A DNA stretch of 64,000 nucleotides from Candidatus Doudnabacteria bacterium (GCA_031291995.1 JARLHZ010000022.1:11330-75329); one strand, 5' to 3'; positions 35,318 to 44,420 are shown, numbered from the stretch's first letter. Notes: generated from the letters alone by a model not told the origin. A program made the numbers and translations.

Positions 35318-36628
35318 ATGTCCAAACCTGCCCTCCGTTTTTGGTTAATTGTCATCCCGACCGCCGCGATTTTTTATTTGAGCCTGCAGGCGACTCTGGT
35401 TTTGCGCTATCACGGTCAGCTGGCCTACGATGCTTTGGACGCGCACTACAAAATATTCAGCATAATATTTGTCATATGGCTGCTGGTCTTTTTTATCCAC
35501 GGCCTGTTCGATGTCCGGGTGTTTCGCCGCTACTCAAGCCTATTTTTTAATTTGGTTTCGGCCATGGCGGTCAACCTGCTGCTGGCCATTATATATTTTT
35601 ATTTCCAGCCGAATTTAATTTTGACCCCCAGGCGCATTTTGTTGTTATTGGTCGGCGTCGCCTTTGTCCTTATTTTGTTATGGTATTTGCTGGTCAAGTA
35701 TATTTTTAAAAGTCGGTTGTCCGAAGGTATTTACCTGTTTTCGTTCAACAACGAACTGTCGGAATTGGAAGGGGAAATTAAGGGACATGCATTTTTGGGT
35801 TTTCGCGTGCTTGGGCATTTAAATCAGCAAAGCCTGGGGCAAATGGCGCTGGACAAAAATTCCAGCATTATTTTTCCCGATAACCTTCAGGCCAGCCCGC
35901 AAACCGCGGAACAAATGTACCAGCTGCGGACCCTGGGCGTGCGGTTTTATAACCACAAAAGTTTTTACGAGCAGCTGCTGCGCCGCATATATCTTTCCCA
36001 AATTGACGAGCTGTGGTTTTTGGAAAACATAGATTATCAGGAAAAACGGTTTTATAACCTGGCAAAACGGGCCATGGATATTATTTTGGGGGCGATAGGC
36101 CTGATTTTCTTTTTGGCAAGCCTGCCATTCTGCGCCCTGTTGATTAAGCTGGCCGACCGGAAAGGCTCAATATTTTTTGTCCAGGAGCGGGTGGGCCGCG
36201 GCGGCAAGCTGTTTAAGGTTTACAAGTACCGAACCATGAATTCCTGGGGCGTGACCAATACCTGGACTTCGGCCAACGATCCGCGCATTACCGGGGTCGG
36301 CAAATTTTTACGGAAGAGCCGTATAGACGAATGGCCGCAGTTTATAAATTTGTTGTTTGGGCACATGAGCCTGGTCGGGCCCCGTCCCGAACAGCCCCAT
36401 ATTGTGGAAGAGTTAAAAAAGCAAATCCCGTTTTACGATGAGCGTCACCTGGTTAAACCCGGTCTGACCGGCTGGGCGCAAATTAACAACATCTACGCCG
36501 CCAGCCTGGAAGAAACCAGAACCAAGCTCCAGTACGACCTCTACTATATTAAGCACCGCAGTCTGCTGTTTGATTTGGAAATAATTTTAAAAACCATCTA
36601 CTATATATTTACCTGGCAGGGGAGATAA
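35318..36628 (+). CDS. Polyprenyl-phosphate sugar phosphotransferase (WbaP/EpsB-type initiating glycosyltransferase, bacterial sugar transferase family)
   Basis: The first ATG is at 35318 (the ORF-track start at 35282 is a TTG inside the repeat). There are five N-terminal TM helices. The C-terminal 'KRAMDIILGAIGLIFFLASLPF...FVQERVGRGGKLFKVYKYRTM...DEWPQFINLLFGHMSLVGPRPE' is the canonical PF02397 domain. Confidence 0.8.
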   Translation: MSKPALRFWLIVIPTAAIFYLSLQATLVLRYHGQLAYDALDAHYKIFSIIFVIWLLVFFIHGLFDVRVFRRYSSLFFNLVSAMAVNLLLAIIYFYFQPNLILTPRRILLLLVGVAFVLILLWYLLVKYIFKSRLSEGIYLFSFNNELSELEGEIKGHAFLGFRVLGHLNQQSLGQMALDKNSSIIFPDNLQASPQTAEQMYQLRTLGVRFYNHKSFYEQLLRRIYLSQIDELWFLENIDYQEKRFYNLAKRAMDIILGAIGLIFFLASLPFCALLIKLADRKGSIFFVQERVGRGGKLFKVYKYRTMNSWGVTNTWTSANDPRITGVGKFLRKSRIDEWPQFINLLFGHMSLVGPRPEQPHIVEELKKQIPFYDERHLVKPGLTGWAQINNIYAASLEETRTKLQYDLYYIKHRSLLFDLEIILKTIYYIFTWQGR

Positions 36629-36782
36629 CGTAGTAATCGCAAAGATACGAATCTTAATTAATATACAAAACCGTCAGTTGTAGGCAAGTCGGGATAGAAA
36701 AGATAACTTACAGTGTACGGCTTCGTATATTAATATTAATTTGTATATTCGCGATTACTCGTATATTCGCGATTACTACTAT

Positions 36783-37550
36783 ATGAAACAATCTACATCC
36801 TGGGGCAAAGTCGCCGGCTGGTATAACCAGCTTTTGCAGGAAGGCGAAGATACTTATCAGGAAAAAATAATAAAACCGAATTTATTAAGAATTCTCGCGC
36901 CAAAATCCGGCGAGGAAATTTTGGACGTGGGCTGCGGGCAGGGATTTTTCGCGCGCGAGATTGGCAAAGCTGGGGCAAAAGTTTTGGGGATAGATGTGGG
37001 CGGGGAATTAATCCGGCTGGCCAAAGCTCAAGCGGGCAAAAATGAAACATATTTGGTGCTGTCGGCCGAAAAAATGGCCGGGTTGGCGGACTCCCGATTT
37101 AACGCGGCCGTTTGCGTGCTGGCCCTGCAGAATATCAAGAATATGCAGGCGGCAATTTTGGAAATTTCCCGCGTGTTAAAACCCGGCGGCCGCGCAGTTT
37201 TGGTGTTAAACCATCCGGCGTTCCGTATTCCCGGCGCATCAACCTGGGGTTACGATGAAAAAACTAATATCCAATATCGCAATATCAACAAATATCTGTC
37301 CCAAATTTCCCAGGAAGTGGATATGACCCAGGGCGTGGCCGATCCGAAACGGAAGAAATTTACCTTGTCCTTCCATCACCCTTTACAGGTTTACTTTAAA
37401 GCGTTTGCCAAAGCCGGGCTGGCTGTTTCGCGCCTGGAAGAATGGGTGTCGCACAAAACCAGCGACAAAGGCCCGCGCAAACAGGCCGAAGACGCGGCCC
37501 GAAAAGAGATTCCGTTATTTATGTGCCTGGAATTGAAAAAAATTTATTAA
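36783..37550 (+). CDS. Class I SAM-dependent methyltransferase (Methyltransf_11/UbiE-like)
   Basis: The first ATG is at 36783 (the ORF-track TTG start at 36741 lies in a tandem repeat). 'ILDVGCGQGFFAREIGKAGAKVLGIDVG' is motif I. 'LKPGGRAVLV' is the post-motif II region. Confidence 0.65.
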   Translation: MKQSTSWGKVAGWYNQLLQEGEDTYQEKIIKPNLLRILAPKSGEEILDVGCGQGFFAREIGKAGAKVLGIDVGGELIRLAKAQAGKNETYLVLSAEKMAGLADSRFNAAVCVLALQNIKNMQAAILEISRVLKPGGRAVLVLNHPAFRIPGASTWGYDEKTNIQYRNINKYLSQISQEVDMTQGVADPKRKKFTLSFHHPLQVYFKAFAKAGLAVSRLEEWVSHKTSDKGPRKQAEDAARKEIPLFMCLELKKIY

Positions 37551-37571
37551 TATTAATTTAACTCTAATCGT

Positions 37572-37925
37572 ATGGGTGAAAAAATCAAACCAAATATCGA
37601 CCGCGAATCTGAAGAGGATATCTCGTTGGGAAGCTACGGCAGATTTGAAAACATGCCGCCGCTGGCCGCTTTGTCGAATTTTCACGTTTTGCGGTATCAA
37701 GGCTGGGAATTTTTAAACAATCATCCGGATAAAGCCCAGGTTATCGCCAGAGTGGCTAACGCTACCGACCAAGAAATTTTTGCTTGGGCTCAGCTTACGT
37801 CAAAAGGAAAAGCACATGAAGATATAAATTTTTATGTCAATCTAGGAGAAGGATATAGAACAGAAGCTAATAAGATTTTAGGAGATATCACAGATATTAA
37901 AATTAAGCCGCCAACTGTTCAATAG
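37572..37925 (+). CDS. Hypothetical protein (no recognisable family)
   Basis: 117-aa ORF with an ATG start, co-oriented with its neighbours. Confidence 0.35.
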   Translation: MGEKIKPNIDRESEEDISLGSYGRFENMPPLAALSNFHVLRYQGWEFLNNHPDKAQVIARVANATDQEIFAWAQLTSKGKAHEDINFYVNLGEGYRTEANKILGDITDIKIKPPTVQ

Positions 37926-37965
37926 GTTTAATCCATTTTTTTGTCTTTACTTGTGGAAAAGTTTA

Positions 37966-37995
37966 AAAAAATGCCTCAAAATAAGGCATTTTTTA
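37966..37995. terminator. Intrinsic terminator (TGCCT-CAAAATA-AGGCA + T-run, A-run upstream)
   Basis: Hairpin flanked by A7 and T6. It looks bidirectional. Confidence 0.4.
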
Positions 37996-37998
37996 ATT

Positions 37999-38027
37999 TT
38001 GACGGGCGGTGAACGAAGGTTTACTAT
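37999..38027 (+). promoter_or_regulatory. Promoter TTGACG-17-TACTAT upstream of the secreted repeat protein gene
   Basis: Good -35 and -10 hexamers with 17-nt spacing. An AAGGAG Shine-Dalgarno sequence lies 8 nt before the ATG at 38084. Confidence 0.45.
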
Positions 38028-38083
38028 ATATTCATAATAATTAGGGGGAACGTCATAATCTTAGAACGTCAAAAGGAGAATGT

Positions 38084-38878
38084 ATGAAAAAAGTCTATTT
38101 GGCGTTGGTTGCGGCCGTTGTTGCCGGTTTTTTTGCGCCCGTAATATGTGCGGCCGCGCCGCCGGTTTACTCCGGCACGGTCACTAAAATTTACGGCAGC
38201 GGCGTGTATTTTATATCCACTAACGCCGCCACTTATTCGGCTGACTCTTCCGGCGCCCAACTTTTGCGCAAAAACGGCGCGATGATGGCACTCACTGAAA
38301 TTTTGGTCGGGGACAAGGTGCAGGTTACCGGCCAGATTTGGCATGATAACAGCATTAGCGCGGCAGTCATTAAAGATATGTCGCTTTACGCGCATACCGG
38401 GACTTTTAGCGGAAAAATTACCGGCATAAACACATCCAACAACAGTTTTACCCTCCAAACCAAGGCTTATGGGGATCAAACCATTAACACCACCAACCTG
38501 ACCGCGTATACCAAAAACGATTCCAGTGCCGGCTTGCCCGACATGCAGCTGGGAATGACGGCCAGCGTCAAAGGCCAGTGGGAGCGAAGCAATAAAAACG
38601 TAACCGCTTCTTCGGTCGCGGGCATATATAAGCCGGTCTCCATAGATCTAACCGGCAGTTTATTGTACCGGATTGGCACGTCGCTAACCGTGCTTGGCAA
38701 TGGCAATGTCCTGTACGGCGTGGATGCCGGCTCGGCTAAACTGGTCAGCAAAAATAACAAGACCATGTCTGTGGCCGAATTTAAGCAGGGCGACACCCTG
38801 CGCGTAACGGGCAAACATCTGTCCGGAATGGTCGCGGTCACGGCGACTCAGGTTAAAGATAATAGTGTGGTAAAATGA
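38084..38878 (+). CDS. Secreted protein with three ~75-aa DUF5666-like repeats
   Basis: Signal peptide (MKKVYLALVAAVVAGFFAPVICAAA). The internal repeats are 'GDKVQVTGQIWHDNS', 'GMTASVKGQWERSN' and 'GDTLRVTGKHLSGM'. Confidence 0.5.
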   Translation: MKKVYLALVAAVVAGFFAPVICAAAPPVYSGTVTKIYGSGVYFISTNAATYSADSSGAQLLRKNGAMMALTEILVGDKVQVTGQIWHDNSISAAVIKDMSLYAHTGTFSGKITGINTSNNSFTLQTKAYGDQTINTTNLTAYTKNDSSAGLPDMQLGMTASVKGQWERSNKNVTASSVAGIYKPVSIDLTGSLLYRIGTSLTVLGNGNVLYGVDAGSAKLVSKNNKTMSVAEFKQGDTLRVTGKHLSGMVAVTATQVKDNSVVK

Positions 38879-38895
38879 CAAAGCAACGAATATAG

Positions 38896-38940
38896 GTCGT
38901 ATAAGTCCTATACGACATATTTATCTTATTTTTATTAGCG
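38896..38940 (+). terminator. Terminator hairpin (GGTCGTATA-AGTCC-TATACGAC) + T-rich tail
   Basis: Inverted repeat directly after the stop, followed by ttatcttatttttatt. Confidence 0.45.
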
Positions 38941-39080
38941 ACGTAGAGCGAGTCCGGCCATTTATGGCCGCGCGAGCCGAGGAGCTAATACAGGTTCAAT
39001 ACCGCGCGGCTCGCCGCGCAATTGTAGCGATGTCTTTGCAGTAATACCCCGCTGCTTGCGGCGGGGAACCTTTATTTTTT

Positions 39081-41129
39081 ATGTCCGACCAACCCCAACC
39101 CACAAAATATAATATAGCAGAACTCCGCAAAATTCACCCCAAAATAGGGCTGAAGTGGGAACAGGAAGAAGACGAGCGGTTAAAAAAGTTGTACACCGAA
39201 AACCGAACCGCAAGAGCCGGTGATTTTGACGAGTTCGTGCTTGAGTTAACCGAGGACTTTGGCCGCGCGGCCGGCGGACTCAAGGCCCGGCTGGCCATGC
39301 ATTTTACCGACGTCCCGGGCTGGGATTACAGCCGTGACGAGTTCCGGCGCCAGGAAATGGACAAAAAGGCCGCTGCGGCCATCCCGGAAAGCCGCAATGA
39401 TTTTTTGCGCGATGAATATAAAAAATATTCGGAAAATAAGAAAGAAACTTATACCGGTTTTCTCAAACGCTTATCTCAGTCTTTGGGAGGCGTGGAAGGG
39501 ACTTTTGTGAAGCATCGTTTGGAGCAGTTGGTCGGCAAGCTGGAGAAATATCGGCGGGACGACGTGAATCCTTTTGCCAGAGCGCATAAACCGGACCCGG
39601 AGCCCGAAATTCCTAAATATTCTTTTGCCGAAAATCCCGAGGCTATGGAAACGTTAAAGATAATGGGCCGGACGGCGGAAAATTTGTTTTTAACCGGCGA
39701 GGCTGGCACGGGCAAGTCCACATTGCTGCAATATTTTCGTCTTACGACCCAAAAAAATGTCGTGGTTCTGGCTCCTACCGGCGTGGCAGCTATTAACGTG
39801 GGCGGGCAGACCATTCATTCGTTTTGCGCCTTTGGGCCGGATATTACTTTAAGCAAAGTTAAAAAGCTCGGGTCGGGCAGCGGTAAATTCCAGCTGCTGC
39901 AAAAATTGCAGATTATCATTATCGATGAAATCTCCATGGTACGGGCGGATTTATTGGACTGCGTAGATAAATTTTTGCGCATAAACGGTCCGGCCAAAGA
40001 CGAGCCGTTTGGCGGCATCCAAATGGTATTTATAGGCGACCTTTACCAGCTGCCCCCGGTGGACCGAGATTTTATTTCCGGAGACGGGCTGTTTGGTAAT
40101 TATCAATCCCCATATTTTTTTGATTCCCGGGCGTTTAAAGGCGCCAAGTTCCACCATATCCAGTTAAAGCAAATGTACCGGCAAAAGGAGCAGGTGTTTA
40201 TAGACGTGTTAAACGCGGTGCGCAATAACGCGGCCACTCAGGAACATTTGCAGGTTTTAAACCGGCGCGCGGACGTTGCCGGCGCCAAATTTACTTTTGA
40301 GAAATTCGCCATATATTTAACGCCGCACAACCATCAGGCGCGCAAAGTTAATAATTATTTTTTGGAAAGAATAGCCGCGCCGGTAAAAATTTATGAAGGG
40401 CTCGTTAGCGGTAGTTTTGAAGACCGCGAACCGCCAACGGACGTTAGCCTCCAGGTAAAAGTTGGCGCCCAGGTTATGATGCTCAACAACGACCAGCGCA
40501 AACGCTGGGTCAACGGGACAATGGGCAAAGTGGTGGGGATACGGGGGAACGAGGACAATAGCGATAACAATAACTATAACCGAGATGTAGTGCAGGCCCG
40601 TGGCCTGCCCGACGATAATTATAGTGATAATGTTGATGATATTGAGAATTCCCGCTCTCCCCTTGTGAGGGGAGATGCCCCGGAGGGGCAGAGAGGTTGG
40701 TCCTACGCTGTTGATGACGATGAGGACTCTTCTTCATCCGACTCCATCCTCATAGAACTTGAAACCGGCGAAACCGTGTATGTACAGCCCCACACCTGGG
40801 AAATGTTCCAGTTTACCCTGGACAAGCACACGCAAAAAGTGGACAGCAAGACCACCGGCACGTTTACCCAGTATCCGTTTAAGCTGGCCTGGGCGGTAAC
40901 CATCCATAAGGCTCAGGGCAAAACTTTTGACAAAGTCTATGTGGACCTGTCCACCGGCACCTTTGCCCACGGCCAGCTTTATGTTGCCCTGTCCCGCTGC
41001 CGCACGCTGGAAGGTTTGTATTTAAAGCGGCCGATTACCCAAAAAGATATTATTTTGGACAACCGCATAGTGGAATTTTTGCACGGCTTAAACCCGACAG
41101 AATCGTATTATTCGACCGTCGATGAATAA
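39081..41129 (+). CDS. PIF1/RecD2-family SF1B DNA helicase with ~190-aa N-terminal domain of unknown function and a ~75-aa acidic low-complexity insertion
   Basis: Walker A is 'LTGEAGTGKSTLL'. Walker B is 'IIIDEISMV'. 'MVFIGDLYQLPPV' is a Pif1 signature. The C-terminal motif is 'WAVTIHKAQGKTFDKVYVDL'. The insertion 'NEDNSDNNNYNRDVVQARGLPDDNYSDNVDDIENSRS...DDDEDSSSSDS' lies at about 40540-40760. Confidence 0.75.
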   Translation: MSDQPQPTKYNIAELRKIHPKIGLKWEQEEDERLKKLYTENRTARAGDFDEFVLELTEDFGRAAGGLKARLAMHFTDVPGWDYSRDEFRRQEMDKKAAAAIPESRNDFLRDEYKKYSENKKETYTGFLKRLSQSLGGVEGTFVKHRLEQLVGKLEKYRRDDVNPFARAHKPDPEPEIPKYSFAENPEAMETLKIMGRTAENLFLTGEAGTGKSTLLQYFRLTTQKNVVVLAPTGVAAINVGGQTIHSFCAFGPDITLSKVKKLGSGSGKFQLLQKLQIIIIDEISMVRADLLDCVDKFLRINGPAKDEPFGGIQMVFIGDLYQLPPVDRDFISGDGLFGNYQSPYFFDSRAFKGAKFHHIQLKQMYRQKEQVFIDVLNAVRNNAATQEHLQVLNRRADVAGAKFTFEKFAIYLTPHNHQARKVNNYFLERIAAPVKIYEGLVSGSFEDREPPTDVSLQVKVGAQVMMLNNDQRKRWVNGTMGKVVGIRGNEDNSDNNNYNRDVVQARGLPDDNYSDNVDDIENSRSPLVRGDAPEGQRGWSYAVDDDEDSSSSDSILIELETGETVYVQPHTWEMFQFTLDKHTQKVDSKTTGTFTQYPFKLAWAVTIHKAQGKTFDKVYVDLSTGTFAHGQLYVALSRCRTLEGLYLKRPITQKDIILDNRIVEFLHGLNPTESYYSTVDE

Positions 41130-41170
41130 ATATTAAGGCTGAAATAGTTATATAATACAATCAATCGAAG

Positions 41171-41200
41171 CCCGCGAGACTCATATGGTCTTGCGGGTTT
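41171..41200 (+). terminator. Intrinsic terminator (CCCGCGAGAC-TCATATG-GTCTTGCGGG + TTTT)
   Basis: 10-bp stem with one G-T wobble pair, followed by TTTTATTTT. Confidence 0.5.
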
Positions 41201-41204
41201 TATT

Positions 41205-41897
41205 TTGATTACTAATTTTAATAAAAAAATAACCTTGCCCATAAAAAATCTCCACAAAATTGAACAGCCCAGGGAAAAATTGCAAAAGTACGGCGCGGAA
41301 AGGCTTTCCGATGCCGAGCTGTTTGCCATTCTGCTGCGGACCGGGCCAAAGGGGAGCGGGGTTTTGGAACTGTCAAAAAAAATTCTTAGGCAGTTGCCGG
41401 GAGTAAGGCTTGCCAATGCCGGGTATAAGGAATTGCGGCAGATTTACGGTCTTGGCCCGGCCAAGGCCTGTGAAATTGTTGCCTGCTTTGAACTTGGCCG
41501 GAGAATGCTTAAGGACAAAAAGGCATCGCTGATTATTTCACCGCGCGAAGTCTGGGAGCAATGCCGGGACATTTGGGCCAGTAAAAAAGAGCATTTTGTG
41601 GTGTTCTTTTTGGACACGCAAAACCAGGAAATAAAACGCGAACTTATAAGCATTGGCACGCTTAACGCCAGCTTAATCCACCCCCGCGAAGTCTTTGAGC
41701 CCGCCATAAAATATCTGGCCTCGCACATCATCCTCTGCCACAACCACCCCAGCGGCAGTCTGGAACCTTCCGACGAAGACCTTGCCGTCACCAAGCGCCT
41801 CACCGACTCCGGCAAACTGTTAGGAATAGAAGTTATTGATCACGTGATTATTACTAGTAGGGGATATATGAGCTTTAAAGAGAAGAACCTTCTTTAG
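41205..41897 (+). CDS. radC: RadC-family JAB/MPN domain protein
   Basis: 230 aa. 'PREKLQKYGAERLSDAELFAILLRTG' is the RadC N-terminal HhH region. 'HNHPSGSLEPSDEDLAVTKRL' is the JAMM motif. The only in-frame start is a TTG. Confidence 0.8.
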   Translation: MITNFNKKITLPIKNLHKIEQPREKLQKYGAERLSDAELFAILLRTGPKGSGVLELSKKILRQLPGVRLANAGYKELRQIYGLGPAKACEIVACFELGRRMLKDKKASLIISPREVWEQCRDIWASKKEHFVVFFLDTQNQEIKRELISIGTLNASLIHPREVFEPAIKYLASHIILCHNHPSGSLEPSDEDLAVTKRLTDSGKLLGIEVIDHVIITSRGYMSFKEKNLL

Positions 41898-41992
41898 TGT
41901 CATTCCTGCGAAGGCAGGAATCTTGCATTTATTCACTTGACCTAATGTTCAAATGTACGCTATTATGTACATATAAATATAATCCCCAATAT

Positions 41993-42355
41993 ATGAACTC
42001 AAAAACAACGCTATCTATAACCGAGGCCAGAAAAAGGATTTTTGAAATTTGCGATGCCGTCCAGCAGCCGGACAGTTATTATACTTTAACCGAAAACGGC
42101 AAGCCCAAGGCCGTTATTCTTTCCTATGCAGAATATGAATCGATAATCGAAACTATAGACGTAATGCAGGAAATGCCGGAACTCGGCAGGGAATTAAAGG
42201 AAACCCGGGAAGCAGTTAAAAGAGGCAAGCATAAAAATTGGACCACGCTAGAAGAATTATTGGCCAAACAAGGTTACGTTTTGGCTGAGAAAGCAAAAAA
42301 ACCATATGGCTTTTCGTCTAAAACTGCATCCAAGAGCCGAAAAACAACTAAATAG
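41993..42355 (+). CDS. Phd/YefM-family antitoxin with C-terminal extension
   Basis: The first ATG is at 41993 (MNSKTTLSITEARKRIFEICDAV...KAVILSYAEYESIIETIDV), a Phd/YefM fold signature. It overlaps the downstream toxin by about 50 nt. Confidence 0.55.
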   Translation: MNSKTTLSITEARKRIFEICDAVQQPDSYYTLTENGKPKAVILSYAEYESIIETIDVMQEMPELGRELKETREAVKRGKHKNWTTLEELLAKQGYVLAEKAKKPYGFSSKTASKSRKTTK

Positions 42356-42563
42356 CACCCCCAGTCCATACAATGAAAGAATTAAAATTACCCTTACAGC
42401 TATTGCCAATAATCCTTGGATTGGAAAAAAGCTTAGGGGCGAATACAATGGGTCTTATACAGTTAGGGTTTGGCCATATAGGATTATTTACGATATTTAC
42501 AAACACGAGCTTTTAGTAACGATAATTAAAATCAAACACCGAGGCCAAGGGGTCTACTCCTAA
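42306..42563 (+). CDS. RelE/ParE-family toxin
   Basis: 85 aa. 'LKLHPRAEKQL...NNPWIGKKLRGEYNGSYTVRVWPYRIIYDIYKHELLVTIIKIKHR' is the canonical RelE/StbE pattern. Confidence 0.65.
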   Translation: MAFRLKLHPRAEKQLNSTPSPYNERIKITLTAIANNPWIGKKLRGEYNGSYTVRVWPYRIIYDIYKHELLVTIIKIKHRGQGVYS

Positions 42564-42567
42564 ATTT

Positions 42568-43215
42568 ATGGGTTTATTAGGGAAAATTTTCGGGGGTCAA
42601 AAGGACGCGCAAGGGATTGCCACAGATGTGGCTATGCTTATTGCCCAAGAGTCTTTTCATAAATTCCGTGAACCTGAGTTTAGGAAGCAGCTGAATTTTA
42701 GCAATTTGGACCAGGAAGAACAGGATAGGATTTTTAACGAGTTGGTTATTACCGGCCTGTGTCTGGTTTATTTGACTTTGGAACGCGGCGAGCTTGAAAA
42801 CGCGCACGAAAAATCTCGCGAGACTTTTAGACAAATTAAAAACCAGTTGGCTGGCGGCTACGCGCGGACGTTGGCGGAAGGGGGAGTGGAAAAGGAATTT
42901 ACAGATTTGTGGTATCAGCTCATAGCCATGCGCTGCGAGGAATATCGCCAGGATTTTAAGGAACACAGGGACTTGTTTGACGACCCTTGGGTGAATTATT
43001 GGATCCATGTTTGTGCCATCGGCGGCTCAGACCACATTTGCCGCGGAAAAGGAGAACAAGTAGAAAAATTGTTGCCGGATTTAACCAGATGGTGCGGTAA
43101 AATTTATATTGAAAGCATGCGCAGTCTCGCGGGACAGCTTCACGCTACTTTAAGCGAAGGCGGCAAGTCGGTGAAAGTCGATGTCAAAGACGACGGGAGC
43201 TTAGATGTCAAGTAA
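42568..43215 (+). CDS. Hypothetical cytoplasmic protein (215 aa, no recognisable family)
   Basis: ATG start 4 nt after the relE stop. No TM helices or known motifs were seen. Confidence 0.4.
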   Translation: MGLLGKIFGGQKDAQGIATDVAMLIAQESFHKFREPEFRKQLNFSNLDQEEQDRIFNELVITGLCLVYLTLERGELENAHEKSRETFRQIKNQLAGGYARTLAEGGVEKEFTDLWYQLIAMRCEEYRQDFKEHRDLFDDPWVNYWIHVCAIGGSDHICRGKGEQVEKLLPDLTRWCGKIYIESMRSLAGQLHATLSEGGKSVKVDVKDDGSLDVK

Positions 43216-43504
43216 AATTATTAATTTTTAACTTATGCCAGGGCAATTTTACGACGACTGCGAAATCTGCCGCGCCATGAAGGCGGCCGAGGAGCGGGGC
43301 GTGCCGCTGTCGGAAAAGGAACTGTTTGCCGCTTTTGAAGCCCAAAAGAAAACCGGCATTGGAATGTTCGGTACCGGAGAAGATTTGGAAAAAATGGAAT
43401 AGCCTCTCAACCCGCCAATTGAAACGCCCTGATTTTGCTATGGTACGCGTTTAAAAAAGGGTGTAATATAAGGCTAAGCGAGGCTTATCTTTAATATAAA
43501 ATTT

Positions 43505-43801
43505 ATGCCAACAATAGAAGAGTTTGATAGCAAGCAAACAGATGTTGAGGGAAGGGCCGATGATTTGCGTCGGCAAATTCCCAAAGAAGGCGAAATTCCA
43601 AAGGATGCCAAGCCTTTTAGTCCGGCCAAGCGTTGGGAGCTTGAAGCGGAGTTGGAAGAAATGCGCCATCCCCATCGCGAACCTGAAAGGAGAAACCCTT
43701 TTTCGCCAAAGAATGCCGAAGACGCGTCTAATTCTAAACCGGAGCCGGCGGGAGGCAAAAAGGGAATTATGACCGAAGTCCGCGGCGAAGAAAAAATATA
43801 A
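43505..43801 (+). CDS. Hypothetical highly charged (K/E/R-rich) small protein
   Basis: 98 aa with an ATG start. A purine-rich region generates ORFs in several frames. This + strand frame is the one co-oriented with its neighbours. Confidence 0.3.
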   Translation: MPTIEEFDSKQTDVEGRADDLRRQIPKEGEIPKDAKPFSPAKRWELEAELEEMRHPHREPERRNPFSPKNAEDASNSKPEPAGGKKGIMTEVRGEEKI

Positions 43802-43875
43802 TTGTAACAGATTATTAAAGTTTGTACTAAAGTAAAAAATTTTATGAGTGAAGAATCGGACATGATGGATGGGGA

Positions 43876-44151
43876 GTGGGATGCTCATGGCGAGGCGCAT
43901 TTTGGCGACATCAATCTATAGAGGCATTAACCGAACTTGATACGGAGCTTATTAAAGCCGGGCCGCATGGGAAAAATTATTCTTTAAAGCCAAAAATCGC
44001 GAGGGCAATTGCCAATATGACTGACGATAATTTAGTTACTTGGATAAATTTAATGGCGCCGGATCACAACCCAAAAGTCATTGAATTTTATACCAAAAGA
44101 GCCATGGAAATTTACAACAGCTGTTGTTCCTATGTAAAAAGCCTGGAATAA
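43876..44151 (+). CDS. Hypothetical small protein (start uncertain: GTG at 43876 or ATG about 44006)
   Basis: Open frame with a C-terminal 'MTDDNLVTWINLMAPDHNPKVIEFYTKRAMEIYNSCCSYV'. The coding call is weak. Confidence 0.25.
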   Translation: MGCSWRGAFWRHQSIEALTELDTELIKAGPHGKNYSLKPKIARAIANMTDDNLVTWINLMAPDHNPKVIEFYTKRAMEIYNSCCSYVKSLE

Positions 44152-44186
44152 ATTTAAAATATTTTATTTAACGCCGCTTTTAATTT

Positions 44187-44420
44187 ATGAACAAAGTTAC
44201 AAGTATTGAATCGGGAAAGAGGTTCCAAACTCAAGAAAATAGAATTTTGGAACTTCGCAAGCAAATCGAGGAAACCAAGCGTAGGGTTGAAGACCTGGAT
44301 ACTATTTTAGGTAATTCTACAGATGTCGGCAAGAATGAAGAAATTAATCAAGAAGAAACCGCGTTAAGGTTAAAACTTCGCATATATTTAGAGGAGCTTG
44401 AAAGCCTTGAAAAAGATTAA
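44187..44420 (+). CDS. Hypothetical coiled-coil small protein
   Basis: 77 aa, heptad-like and E/K/L-rich (RILELRKQIEETKRRVEDLDTIL...LKLRIYLEELESLEKD). Confidence 0.35.
   Translation: MNKVTSIESGKRFQTQENRILELRKQIEETKRRVEDLDTILGNSTDVGKNEEINQEETALRLKLRIYLEELESLEKD

Noticed and set aside
43236-43403. 55-aa ORF (MPGQFYDDCEICRAMKAAEERGVPLSEKELFAAFEAQKKTGIGMFGTGEDLEKME) not in the ORF track
   Set aside because: Plausible small gene (ATG start, co-oriented) but below the size threshold and without detectable family. Not listed as a feature because of insufficient evidence. It may be part of the orphan small-gene cassette.
43451-43900. Two overlapping minus-strand ORFs (149 and 129 aa) opposite the charged 98-aa ORF
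   Set aside because: A purine-rich, low-complexity region yields open frames on both strands. Neither minus-strand ORF has a recognisable motif. Both oppose the uniform + orientation of the island. Kept only the + strand ORF at low confidence.
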